A stretch of DNA of 64,000 bases from Candidatus Hydrogenedentota bacterium (GTDB lineage Bacteria > Hydrogenedentota > Hydrogenedentia > Hydrogenedentales > JAEUWI01), in contig JAXMOL010000041.1 in NCBI GenBank assembly GCA_034669905.1, forward strand, positions 1-64,000, read 5' to 3'. A program made the position numbers and the translations under genes. Of this stretch, positions 44,401 through 54,259 are shown piece after piece; the stretch's first letter is position 1, and each line of letters begins with the position of its first letter. The notes below the pieces were generated by a model. That model saw nothing but the letters and a program-made list of their open reading frames with translations, did not search any database and was not told the origin of the DNA.

Positions 44401-46991
44401 TTCGCCCGGGCAACGAGGCTGAAATTTCCACGTCATCCACCCGTGGCCACCGTTTATCCCCGCTGCCATCCCTGTTTTTTGTGATGCTGCTCGGCTTCGC
44501 CCTGATACCGTACACCGTCTCCAGCGCGCCATTGCCTGAATACACCGGAAGCGATCCCGTGGTCGAAGCCCAGTATGACGGGGTAGACCGGCTGCTTGTC
44601 CTCTCGGATCGCTGGCTCATTGTGGTTACATCGACCACCGATGAAATCATCGAAACGATCGACGAACTCACCCATGGTCAGTACAAGCGGGCCATTAACG
44701 CCTGGGACAGCTCCACGAGTAATCCGAAACCGGACTGGACCATGCGGAAAGTGCTGGATAATCTCCGCACGGAACATATCGCACAGGCCCGTATCGCCGT
44801 CGGGGAACGGGAGTTGCTCCTGCCAACAGCCTATCGGGTGGAGAGCACCGCTGATTCCAATTACAGTACGGCGCAGCCCCCCAGGCAAGTCGCCTATGTT
44901 CCGGTCGGCCTGGGTGCAGAGCATCGCACCGGTGGACCCCGCATCGATTATGCCCACTACAGTTATATCGGGTTACCCCATCCGCTGAAGCGTGGTTCGG
45001 AATATACGATCACCGTCCAGGATAAAAAGTCGGTTCGCTTTACTTTTGACGAGCGCCACAGCCTTTCCCGGGCCATCAAGGTGAATCAGGTTGGCTATCT
45101 CTCCGATGCGCCCCACAAGTACGCCTATCTCGGGGCACACCTCTACAGCGCGGGTCCCATGGACTGCAGCGCCTACAAGACCTTCGAAGTGGTCGATAAT
45201 GCCTCGGGTAAGGTCGTCTTTGAAGGCCCTGTCGCCCCCCACGACCAGAATAGTTGGACCGTTCCCGGTAAAGGGAGTGACCGGGCCCCGGTCATGCTCC
45301 ATGGCGAGAATGTCTATGAACTGGATTTCAGCGGCCTGGAAGCCACCGGGACCTTCTATATCCGCGTCCCCGGCGTGGGGCGTTCCTGGCCCTTCAAACA
45401 CGGCCCGGATGCCTACGGAGAGGCCTTTTACACGGCGGCCCGGGGTTTTTATCACCAGCGCTGTGGAATCGCCTATGAGGCCCCCTACACGGCCTGGAAG
45501 CGGCGCCTCTGCCACACCGATCCGGTTTATGAAAGCGAACATATCGAATTTCCCCGGGGAGAGGTTAATCGTCCCAGGGGCTACGAACGGTTTGATGTAA
45601 TCGGGGCTACCACGGATAAGACCCGGCAGACCGATGATGCCCGGGGCGGCTGGCACGATGCGGCGGATTGGGACCGTGCCGGTACCCATTACGCCGGTGT
45701 CTTCGATTTTCTTTATGCCTATGAGCTGGCCCCCTCCAAGTTTTCAGATGGCCAGCTGAATCTCCCGGAATCGAAAAACGGCGTCCCCGATGTGCTGGAT
45801 GAAGCCCACTATGGGTTGGAAGTCTGGCGCAAGAGTATGCGTGCCGACGGCGGGGTCTCCGGTGCCGTCGAAACCTGGACCCACCCCCGTATCGACGGCG
45901 ACCCGGTCTATGCCTATGCCCAACGAACCCGGTGGGATTCCCTCCTCTTTGCCGCGGCGGCCGCCCAATTGGCCCAACATCTCAAGGTCTTCGACGAGAA
46001 GACGAGCGCCCTTTATCAGGAAGCTGCCATAAAGGCCTGGGGTTTCGGAATTAATCCGGCTAACAGCCTGGGTAAGACCACCATTCATGCCAAACGCAAC
46101 CGGGGTCAAGGGGAAGCCTACACCATCGAATGGGAAGAAAAAGACGCCTATGTCGTTCCCTATCGTCTTCATGCCGGTGTACGCCTCTACCTGTTGACCG
46201 GCGACAAGCAATACCTGGAAAACATCCCCCAGGCGCTCAAGAGTTCCTTTCGCCCCTATGTCTGGCCCTGTACCCTTTCGGACTACTCGCCCTGGGTCTA
46301 TTTTTCCCTCGCCTATGAGACGGAAGGAATCCTGCCCGATTTCCAGCGGCGCCGCCTGATGAAATCCTACTTTCTCGACCCGGCAGATCAACTGGTTTCT
46401 ATGGCCGAATCCATGCCCTACCGCTTCAGTTGGCCCCGCAATAAGAGCTATGGACTGGTATGGGGCGAATCGGTCATGACCAATCCGGGCCGGGCACTCC
46501 TTATCGCCCATGCCCTCACCGGCAATGAAAAATACCGTGACACCGCGCTGCAAAACCTGGATTTCATGCTGGGCGCCAATCCCATGGGGATGTCGTGGAC
46601 CACGGGGATCGGCTACTCCTATCCGACCGACATTCAACATGGGGTCAGTCAATACGATGGCATCACAGACCCCGTACCCGGTATTACCCTCTACAGTGTG
46701 ACCAGTGGCATTTACCCCGCCCTGCGCAATGAGGTGTGGCGCTCTCCCGGGGGAGCAACCTCGGCAGAGCCCGTGGTCTTCCAGATACCGGAAGTGCCCC
46801 TGTGGCGGAGTTGGTCCTGTCATCCCGATGTCAACGCGGTAGAATGTGAATTCACGATCCATGAAACCATGAGTTCCATGTTCTTCTGCACGGCCATGAT
46901 GGTCTCCGATGGTTGGAAACCCGACGACGCCCTCCTTGCCCGTGAACCCCGAGAGGAAGGCGATCTTCATGGTCGCTGGTACCTTCCCTGA
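44397..46991 (+). CDS. Glycoside hydrolase family 9 protein with CelD_N-like Ig domain
   Basis: IKVNQVGY, FYHQRCG, GGWHDAADWD, LGANPMGMSWTTGIG, EFTI. Start uncertain. Confidence 0.85.
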   Translation: MIRPGNEAEISTSSTRGHRLSPLPSLFFVMLLGFALIPYTVSSAPLPEYTGSDPVVEAQYDGVDRLLVLSDRWLIVVTSTTDEIIETIDELTHGQYKRAINAWDSSTSNPKPDWTMRKVLDNLRTEHIAQARIAVGERELLLPTAYRVESTADSNYSTAQPPRQVAYVPVGLGAEHRTGGPRIDYAHYSYIGLPHPLKRGSEYTITVQDKKSVRFTFDERHSLSRAIKVNQVGYLSDAPHKYAYLGAHLYSAGPMDCSAYKTFEVVDNASGKVVFEGPVAPHDQNSWTVPGKGSDRAPVMLHGENVYELDFSGLEATGTFYIRVPGVGRSWPFKHGPDAYGEAFYTAARGFYHQRCGIAYEAPYTAWKRRLCHTDPVYESEHIEFPRGEVNRPRGYERFDVIGATTDKTRQTDDARGGWHDAADWDRAGTHYAGVFDFLYAYELAPSKFSDGQLNLPESKNGVPDVLDEAHYGLEVWRKSMRADGGVSGAVETWTHPRIDGDPVYAYAQRTRWDSLLFAAAAAQLAQHLKVFDEKTSALYQEAAIKAWGFGINPANSLGKTTIHAKRNRGQGEAYTIEWEEKDAYVVPYRLHAGVRLYLLTGDKQYLENIPQALKSSFRPYVWPCTLSDYSPWVYFSLAYETEGILPDFQRRRLMKSYFLDPADQLVSMAESMPYRFSWPRNKSYGLVWGESVMTNPGRALLIAHALTGNEKYRDTALQNLDFMLGANPMGMSWTTGIGYSYPTDIQHGVSQYDGITDPVPGITLYSVTSGIYPALRNEVWRSPGGATSAEPVVFQIPEVPLWRSWSCHPDVNAVECEFTIHETMSSMFFCTAMMVSDGWKPDDALLAREPREEGDLHGRWYLP

Positions 46992-47075
46992 TCCCCCTGC
47001 CATTGCAATCCACGGAAATCCGCTATACTATGGCTTTTCCTCTGGAGAGCTTTGGGATGGAGTGTCGGTATTCTC

Positions 47076-47666
47076 GTGATTAAGAGCGTGTGTGTGTTTG
47101 CTGCTTCTAGTGATGCTACGGCCGGAGCCTGGGGCGATGCCACGACCCGGTTAGGTCATTTGCTCGCCGAATCAGGCCTGGAATTGGTCTTCGGCGCCGG
47201 TAAAGTCGGACTCATGGGCTGCGTGGCCCGAGGCGTCCATGCCCGGGGGGGGACCGTCATCGGCGTTATCCCCGAGCGCCTCAATGTCCCTGCACTCACC
47301 TATCATTCCTGCGACGAACTGATCGTCACCCAGACCATGGCCGAGCGTAAAGCCCTGATGACCGCACGTTCCCAGGCTTTTATCATCCTTCCCGGTGGCT
47401 TTGGCACGCTGGAAGAGCTCTTCGAAGTGCTCGTGCTCAAGCAGTTGGGCTACCACGATAAGCCCATCGTTTTCCTTAATCTGGACGGGGCCTTTGATTC
47501 GCTCATGGCCTGTTTCGCCGACATGGTGGATACCGATCGTGTGAAAGAAGATCAGTGCGATCTCTTTACGGTAGCGACCACGCCCGAGGCTGCACTCGAA
47601 GCCCTGACCCAATACCGGGCGCCCATCGTTTCGGAAAAATGGACCGAGGCCGAAACCAGTCCCTAG
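47076..47666 (+). CDS. LOG-family (TIGR00730) nucleotide phosphoribohydrolase
   Basis: GLMG, GVIP, MAERK, PGGFGTLEE, HDKP. Confidence 0.9.
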   Translation: MIKSVCVFAASSDATAGAWGDATTRLGHLLAESGLELVFGAGKVGLMGCVARGVHARGGTVIGVIPERLNVPALTYHSCDELIVTQTMAERKALMTARSQAFIILPGGFGTLEELFEVLVLKQLGYHDKPIVFLNLDGAFDSLMACFADMVDTDRVKEDQCDLFTVATTPEAALEALTQYRAPIVSEKWTEAETSP

Positions 47667-47743
47667 TCCCATCTGATTCATCCCGCCACCGGTTCAATCC
47701 GAGGCATGGTTAACCATCATCCCTGTCCGAAGGAGTATTTTCC

Positions 47744-50458
47744 GTGACCGAGTCCACCGCGCCACGAACTGCCCGTACCCACCTGCTACTCTTCTTTCTG
47801 GTGCTCCTGTTCTTCTTTATTTCCGGCGCCTGCGGCCTGCTCTACCAGGTCGTGTGGACCCGGAAACTTGTCCTCCTCTTTGGCACCACCTCCCACGCGG
47901 TATCGACGGTGCTCTCGATTTTCTTCCTGGGACTGGGCGTCGGAAGTATCTGGGGAGGACGCCTCGCGGATCGCTCATCCCGTCCCCTTCAACTGTATGG
48001 TGTCTTCGAGATTATTATTGGTATCTGGGCCCTCGCCTTTCTTTTCGCCGCCACCTATGGCGAAGGGGTAGTGGTCTCGCTACTACGACACTTTCATCTA
48101 TCGCCAGCAACGGGCACCCTCTTTCGCGGGCTACTGGCGCTTCTGCTCCTCTTCATTCCCGTATCGCTCATGGGCGCAACCCTGCCCCTGTTGGCCCGCT
48201 TCGTTTCGCGGGAGGTACAGGTGCGGGGAATGCCCATCGGCGCGCTCTATACGCTGAACACCCTGGGTGCCGTGACTGGATGCTTCCTCGCCGGTTTTTT
48301 TCTGATTCCCGCCTTGGGCTATACCCACACCACCCTGTGGGGTGCGGCGGCGAACGTGCTCGTAGGTTTCGCGGCCTGGATCATCTCTTTACGCCTGGAA
48401 AAAAGTGAGGCAAAGGCGCAAGTTTCAGCAACATTGGATGGACCGGTCCCCGCTCCCTGGAACAGGACGCGTACCCTGGTTATCGCGGCCTTCTTCCTCT
48501 CTGGTTTCTGTTCGCTGGGTCTCGAAGTCTTGTGGACGCGCCTGCTTTCTATTATTTTTCTGGGCACTACCTATGCCTATACCAGCATGCTGACCACGCT
48601 CCTGTTGGGCATTGCGCTCGGCAGCGCCTTTGCATCTATCTTGGTGGATCGGCTCCGTCGCCCCGCCCTGTGGCTCGGTGCGGTACTCGCCCTGACGGGT
48701 GTGGGCTGCATCTATATGCTGGGCATTCTCAGTGACATGCCCCACGCTATACAGCAGCTTCAAATTGATAGTGGCGGGGTATGGGATAACGTAATACGGG
48801 GTAAATTCTGGCTGGCCTTTCGGGCCCTGTTTATCCCCACCTTTTTACTGGGCATGACTTTTCCTTTGGTCGTGAAAGCGATCAGTAGTACGAGCGCCAC
48901 CCTGGGCCGGGATGTAGGACGCCTTTATGCCTCCAACACCGTCGGCGGGGTACTCGGATCATTGGCCGGTGGTTTTCTTCTCATTCCCTGGCTCGGAACC
49001 CACTGGGGCATTATCTTTTTCGCGCTGGTTCTCACCGCTGCAGGCCTGATCCTGGTTATCGCCAACAACAACACTTCGGGAGTACTTAAGGGGATAGCCA
49101 CCCTTGTGGTGGTAATGGGACTTACCCTGAGTTTCTGGCGGGCGCCAGAAGATGTTAACCAGTCGTTGAATGCGGGCTATATTCCCGAAGACCACCATGT
49201 ATTGCACTACAAGGAAGGCGTGGAAGCGACGGTGGCCGTGTCGGAACCCCGCAGCGAAGCAGCTGGCACCAATCGCGTGCTCTGGATCAACCGGGTACAG
49301 GCCACGACCTCCATCGAAAAAGGCGTGAAGATGAACCGTCTTCAGGGGGTATTGCCCTTGCTCTTCGACCGCCAACCGACTGATGTATTATTCATGTGTT
49401 TTGGATCGGGCATTACCTGTGGCACCCTGGCCCTGTCGGATTTCGAGCGGATTGACGCCGTGGATATTTCGCCGGAAGTGCTGGAAGCGGCTCCCTATTT
49501 TGAAGTCGATAACCTCGGGGTCATTGAGCGTCCTGAAGTTACGTTTCACGTGGATGACGGGCGGAATTTCCTGCTTACTTCGGATCACGCCTACGACATC
49601 ATTACCTTCGAGCCCATGCCCCTGGCCATGGCGGGCGTGTCGACCTTCTATACGCAGGAGTACTATAGACACTGTCTGAATCACTTAAAGCCTGGGGGCA
49701 TGGTATCCCAGTGGATTCCCCTCCACAGCCTGAATCCTGAAATCGTAAAGTCCCTTACCGCAACTTTCACGTCGGTGTTCCCCCATTACACCGGATGGTT
49801 TATCAACGCCGATCTCTTTCTCATTGGGTCCAACGAGCCGCTCCGACTCGATGCCACGGCCCTGCAGGAACGGCTGGCCAAACCGGATCTGAAAAAGGCA
49901 CTGGCCGATGTGGGCTTCACCGATATCCCGTCAATTCTGGGCTGTTATCTTATGGCCGAGGAAGGCCTTGATGCCTATGCAGAAGGAGGAAGCATCATGC
50001 AGGATGACCTCCCCTGGGCCGAGTTTGAAGCGCCCAAGCTCGTGTACAGTAGAACCCAACATGAATCTATGAATGCCCTGGAAAAGCACATGAGTAGCCC
50101 GCTGCCCCTCTTCCTTCCCGATACGGATCCCGATTTCCTTGCCGTCATCGACAAACGCCACCGTGCCCGTACCCACGACATGAAGGGACTACAGGCCTAT
50201 TATGGCGGTATGGCCATCGGGGACGAGGCAACGGACCTCTTTTTGAAGTCCCTGGAAATTGATCCGGACAATAAGAACGCCCAGTATTACCTGCGCCAGA
50301 TTGCGCGTATGCAGGGTAGCGCCTTTATCCGATGGAAAGAGTACGACAAGGTGGAGCGGCTGCTGGAACGGTTGCTGCCTTACATGCCCGACGCACCGGA
50401 GTTACAGGATATATCCGAGGAACTGACCAGGGCACAGGCGGAAGACAAGCAGCAATAA
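47744..50458 (+). CDS. Fused MFS-like membrane domain / spermidine-synthase-like methyltransferase
   Basis: SGACGLLYQVVWTR, LMGATLP, LYASNTVG TM repeats; FGSGIT, DGRNFL, YDII. Confidence 0.9.
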   Translation: MTESTAPRTARTHLLLFFLVLLFFFISGACGLLYQVVWTRKLVLLFGTTSHAVSTVLSIFFLGLGVGSIWGGRLADRSSRPLQLYGVFEIIIGIWALAFLFAATYGEGVVVSLLRHFHLSPATGTLFRGLLALLLLFIPVSLMGATLPLLARFVSREVQVRGMPIGALYTLNTLGAVTGCFLAGFFLIPALGYTHTTLWGAAANVLVGFAAWIISLRLEKSEAKAQVSATLDGPVPAPWNRTRTLVIAAFFLSGFCSLGLEVLWTRLLSIIFLGTTYAYTSMLTTLLLGIALGSAFASILVDRLRRPALWLGAVLALTGVGCIYMLGILSDMPHAIQQLQIDSGGVWDNVIRGKFWLAFRALFIPTFLLGMTFPLVVKAISSTSATLGRDVGRLYASNTVGGVLGSLAGGFLLIPWLGTHWGIIFFALVLTAAGLILVIANNNTSGVLKGIATLVVVMGLTLSFWRAPEDVNQSLNAGYIPEDHHVLHYKEGVEATVAVSEPRSEAAGTNRVLWINRVQATTSIEKGVKMNRLQGVLPLLFDRQPTDVLFMCFGSGITCGTLALSDFERIDAVDISPEVLEAAPYFEVDNLGVIERPEVTFHVDDGRNFLLTSDHAYDIITFEPMPLAMAGVSTFYTQEYYRHCLNHLKPGGMVSQWIPLHSLNPEIVKSLTATFTSVFPHYTGWFINADLFLIGSNEPLRLDATALQERLAKPDLKKALADVGFTDIPSILGCYLMAEEGLDAYAEGGSIMQDDLPWAEFEAPKLVYSRTQHESMNALEKHMSSPLPLFLPDTDPDFLAVIDKRHRARTHDMKGLQAYYGGMAIGDEATDLFLKSLEIDPDNKNAQYYLRQIARMQGSAFIRWKEYDKVERLLERLLPYMPDAPELQDISEELTRAQAEDKQQ

Positions 50459-50485
50459 GACAAGTCCCCTCATGAAATATTATTG

Positions 50486-50518
50486 AACGGCGGAATGTCA
50501 CAGGACATTCCGCCGTTT
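50486..50518. terminator. Hairpin between convergent genes (likely bidirectional terminator)
   Basis: AACGGCGGAATGTC-ACAG-GACATTCCGCCGTT. Confidence 0.7.
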
Positions 50519-50540
50519 ATTGCATCTTGACAGGTTTCAC

Positions 50541-51917
50541 TCAGAGGGTCCAGCCGTCGCGATACGGTGGATTTACAAGGGCATTGGCTTCGGCATCGTT
50601 GCTAATCGTCTGCGAAACCCCATCCCATTCTAGGCGGCGATCTTTCATCCGGATAGCGAGTACCCCGATCAAGACCATTTCTGTTAAGGGACCACCATAT
50701 TCAAAACTTGAGCTGGCCGGACGACCATCTTTACAGGCACGAATCCAATCCTGCTCGTGGGCCCCGGACTTCTGTTCCACCCGGGGAATGCTTTCCGCCG
50801 GATCGGTATAGGAATTCCGCAGGGACTCGGGCAATAACCGGGCTCCCCCGGCCCCATGGGAGCCATGAACAATTACCCCTTTTTCGCCCACGAAGATGGC
50901 CCCATTACTGGGCAGCTCAAAATCGCCGGGCAACACATCGGGAATCGGCGGCTTCAAGCGGCCGTCATACCACGTAAGATCAACCGGGGGCATGGCACCC
51001 CGTTTCGGGAAGTGGTAGCGCACCACACAGGCGCGGGGATAGGTTTCCGACTGTATCCCTTCCTGGTAGTGGGTTGTGGAAGCCTGTACCTGGCTGGGAT
51101 GGCCCAGATCGAGGGCGTAGAAGGCTGGATCAAGGATATGACAGCCCATGTCCCCCAGGGGGCCTGTGCCGAAATCGTAAAATCCACGCCAACTCATCGG
51201 GTGGTAGATGGGATGATAGGGCCGCATGGGAGCGGGGCCAATCCACAAGTCCCAGTTCAGGGATTCTGGCACGGGAGGCGTATCGGCAGGACGGGCCATC
51301 ATGGGAAAGTCGGACCACGGATCACCGCCTACGGGTCGGTCACTCCAGGCATGCACTTCGCTCACGTCCCCAATAGCCCCGTCGGCAATCCATTCCTTCA
51401 CCTGACGAATCTGATTGGAAGAATGGCCCTGGTTGCCCATCTGGGTCTGGACTCCGGCCGCCCGCGCCGCTTCGGTGACCATCCGCACTTCATGGAGGCT
51501 GTGGGCCAGGGGCTTCTGACAATAGAGATGCTTCCCATGGGCGATACTCGCCATCGATATGACCGCGTGGGTGTGGTCCGGGGTGGCGCAAATGACCGCA
51601 TCAAAGTCGTTTGCGGCCTTATCAAACATATCCCGGAAATCGACGAAGCGTTTGGCATTCGGATGGGCATCAAATACCTTGGCCGCATGGGCGGAATCCA
51701 CATCACACAATGCCACGATGTTTTCCGTGCTGCATGCATTGATATTGCCACTCCCCATACCACCAATGCCCACGGCGGCGATGTTGAGCTTTTCATTGGG
51801 CGAAATCTTTCCGGGAACAACCCGGGCCGAGTTGACCGATGTGGTCGTGCAGGCCGAAAGCGCCATGGTCGTCGTCGAGGCCAGAAAGGCGCGGCGGGTC
51901 AATTCGTGCTTCGTCAT
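50541..51917 (-). CDS. Tat-exported Gfo/Idh/MocA-family oxidoreductase
   Basis: TRRAFL Tat motif; VGIGGMG, ATPDHTH, YCQKP, GDMGCH. Confidence 0.92.
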   Translation of the reverse strand: MTKHELTRRAFLASTTTMALSACTTTSVNSARVVPGKISPNEKLNIAAVGIGGMGSGNINACSTENIVALCDVDSAHAAKVFDAHPNAKRFVDFRDMFDKAANDFDAVICATPDHTHAVISMASIAHGKHLYCQKPLAHSLHEVRMVTEAARAAGVQTQMGNQGHSSNQIRQVKEWIADGAIGDVSEVHAWSDRPVGGDPWSDFPMMARPADTPPVPESLNWDLWIGPAPMRPYHPIYHPMSWRGFYDFGTGPLGDMGCHILDPAFYALDLGHPSQVQASTTHYQEGIQSETYPRACVVRYHFPKRGAMPPVDLTWYDGRLKPPIPDVLPGDFELPSNGAIFVGEKGVIVHGSHGAGGARLLPESLRNSYTDPAESIPRVEQKSGAHEQDWIRACKDGRPASSSFEYGGPLTEMVLIGVLAIRMKDRRLEWDGVSQTISNDAEANALVNPPYRDGWTL

Positions 51918-52149
51918 AGGGTGCTCTCCCAAATCCAGGTGTTGAAACCATCTCACAAGGAATACAGCCTATCGGAAGCGATGCGCCGTTGTCTATTACC
52001 GACACCTGGGATCAGCCAGTCAGATTGGTTGCTGATTGGCCAACCGTACCGCCCCCATCAGATACCGGATCCGCCCGAAATTGGTCCTTACATCTCCATA
52101 TGTGGTGTTTCCATTTCTCAACGAAAAGTGTCCATTTTTCGAGCATATT

Positions 52150-52345
52150 GGGGAGGTTATCCACACCTGCTTTCCAATCCGTCGGAAAACTTCCGGTGTT
52201 GAATAAAATTTCAGTATAAACACCCTAAACCAATTAATAGCAGTAGTTTAAGTTAAATAAGATTAAGAAACCACCCTTGGGTGTCCATTCTCTATCCGGG
52301 GCTTTTCCACCTGTGAAAGGAGTTTATCAACAAGTTATCCACAAC
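52150..52345. promoter_or_regulatory. DnaA-box cluster with AT-rich tract downstream of dnaN
   Basis: TTATCCACA at 52157 and 52335; TTATCAACA at 52324; TTTTCCACC at 52303; AT-rich stretch 52200-52270. Confidence 0.7.
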
Positions 52346-52401
52346 CCCTCTAAAGCACACCATCTACGCGATTACCACCACATATGGGGACAGAAAGAGG
52401 A

Positions 52402-52432
52402 ATCGGGAGTTTCTACCGTAGAAACTCCCGAT
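52402..52432 (-). terminator. Hairpin downstream of dnaN
   Basis: ATCGGGAGTTTCTAC-C-GTAGAAACTCCCGAT, followed by TCCTCTTTCT on the minus strand. Confidence 0.55.
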
Positions 52433-52462
52433 GAGGGTAAAACAAGTTAGTTCCGGGCGCAC

Positions 52463-53569
52463 CTAGATGCGAATGGGCATCACCACGTTGACGTAGAGAT
52501 CGGCGGGACCTTCGCTGTAGGGCTTGATAATCCCGGGGCTCATGGCGTCTTTCACCACGACAGCGGTCTGTTCCGTCTGAATGCGACGCAGTACATCGAG
52601 CACAAAGTCGGGATTGAACGCGATTTCCACGACTTCCCCATCGTACTCAATCGGAATTTCTTCCTCGTACTCCCCGACTTCCGGGGTCACGACTTTGAGG
52701 GTCATCATTCCCTCTCCAAAACCGAAGCGTACCGAGTTGAACTTGTCGTTGGTCATGGTACGGGTCCGGCGCACCGCCTCGGTGAACCGCTCGGTGTTCA
52801 CCAGGACCTCCTTATCGTGTTTTGCGGGGATAACCATGTTGTAGTTCGGGAAGGTACCTTCGATGAGCGCAGAGACCAACCTGAGGTTGTTAAACACGAA
52901 AGCAATCTGGCTCTCGTCGAGGTATACCTGTACCGGTTCCTCATCATCCAACAAGCGCTCCAGTTCATGGATCATCTTGGAGGGGATAATAATCTTGGTT
53001 TCGATGTCGCCGGGAACGCCATCCGATTCACGGTTCAACGACATGCGCCGTCCGTCGGTCGCTACGACCGTGAGTTTGCCTTCGGCAATCTCAAAGAGCA
53101 GACCCGTCAGGTTGTAGCGAGCCTGGTCGTTACAGATGGCGAAGGAAGAGCGCGTAAAGAGCTTCTTAAGCGCTGCCTGGGTGAAGGTAAGGGGTTCGAT
53201 ACCCTCAAAGCTCCGAATGGGCGGAAACTCGTCTGGAGACATGCTGAAGAGTTTGGTATCGATCCGACCGCAAGTAATCTCGATGATGTTGTTGTTGGTC
53301 AGATTGAGGGTGATGTCCTCATTGGGCATTTCCGCGAGCATGGAGGAAAGGCGCTGGGAGGATATCGTCATGGCGCCGGGACTATCCACGGTGCAATCAA
53401 CGGTGCACTCGATACTCACTTTGAGATCAGTGGCCGCCAGCTTTACCGAAGCCTCTCCCGTCTCCAACAGGATGTGGGAGAGGATGGGCAGGGCGGACTT
53501 TGACGACACGATACTCTTGACCTTGTTTACAGCGTCCAGGAGGTCTTGTCGGGGAATAGTTATCTTCAT
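52463..53569 (-). CDS. dnaN: DNA polymerase III beta clamp
   Basis: LPILSHILL, ATDL, VATDGRRM, LIEGTFPNY, IAFNPDF, VVMPIRI. Confidence 0.97.
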   Translation of the reverse strand: MKITIPRQDLLDAVNKVKSIVSSKSALPILSHILLETGEASVKLAATDLKVSIECTVDCTVDSPGAMTISSQRLSSMLAEMPNEDITLNLTNNNIIEITCGRIDTKLFSMSPDEFPPIRSFEGIEPLTFTQAALKKLFTRSSFAICNDQARYNLTGLLFEIAEGKLTVVATDGRRMSLNRESDGVPGDIETKIIIPSKMIHELERLLDDEEPVQVYLDESQIAFVFNNLRLVSALIEGTFPNYNMVIPAKHDKEVLVNTERFTEAVRRTRTMTNDKFNSVRFGFGEGMMTLKVVTPEVGEYEEEIPIEYDGEVVEIAFNPDFVLDVLRRIQTEQTAVVVKDAMSPGIIKPYSEGPADLYVNVVMPIRI

Positions 53570-53589
53570 GGTGTTCTCCGTGGCGTTTC

Positions 53590-54185
53590 ATGTGGATAAT
53601 CGGTGCTTAGTATATATTATTGTTCTTATAGATAAAACAAGTCTTAGTCGTAATAGGGGACGGGATAGGGTGGAAAACGTATTTAAACCTATCCAAATCA
53701 ATGGGTTAGCCTGTTGACAAGAAAGTGGATAAGCTCAGGCGTTATCCACTTTTGTCCCCAAAATTCCGAATGTGCTTCTGATTGTTTGTGAATTGTCGTG
53801 TTTGTTTGGGGAAAAGTACAGGGTTTATCCCACGGTATTCCGAATGTTATCCACAATCCGACGTGGGGCAATTGTTCCACGGTAGTGCGGGGTTATCCAC
53901 AGACCAGAATCCGTCTAAAAAAGGGTGTTTGAGCCACTTTTCCCCGACTTACTCACCGACCGTGGAACTTCGTCTTGCGGGCGATTTCCGGGCCATCCCG
54001 GCCTGGGGCGAATAGTTATAAGTTCTTTTGTATCAATGAATTATGTATTTGGTGTATTGGGGTGAATCAGGCGCTAATGATTCGCTAACTCATTGAAACA
54101 CAGTAGTTTGTATCGGGTTTGATGCAACAAGGAGGGATCCCGAGGGACCCCTCCAAAGCAGGTTATTAACAAGTTATCCACAGGC
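53590..54185. promoter_or_regulatory. Probable oriC: multiple DnaA boxes, DnaA-trio-like array and AT-rich unwinding element
   Basis: Perfect boxes at 53591, 53847, 53893, 54174 plus several near matches. TAG TCG TAA TAG (53645-53656) abuts GGG and tandem degenerate boxes (53660-53677); AT-rich stretch 53608-53645. Confidence 0.85.
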
Positions 54186-54259
54186 CCCTGTCCCAAAATC
54201 GACCGAAGCGGTAAATTAACGCGGTTTCTGCGGGTTCCTGTCCCATTGGATTCAATCCA

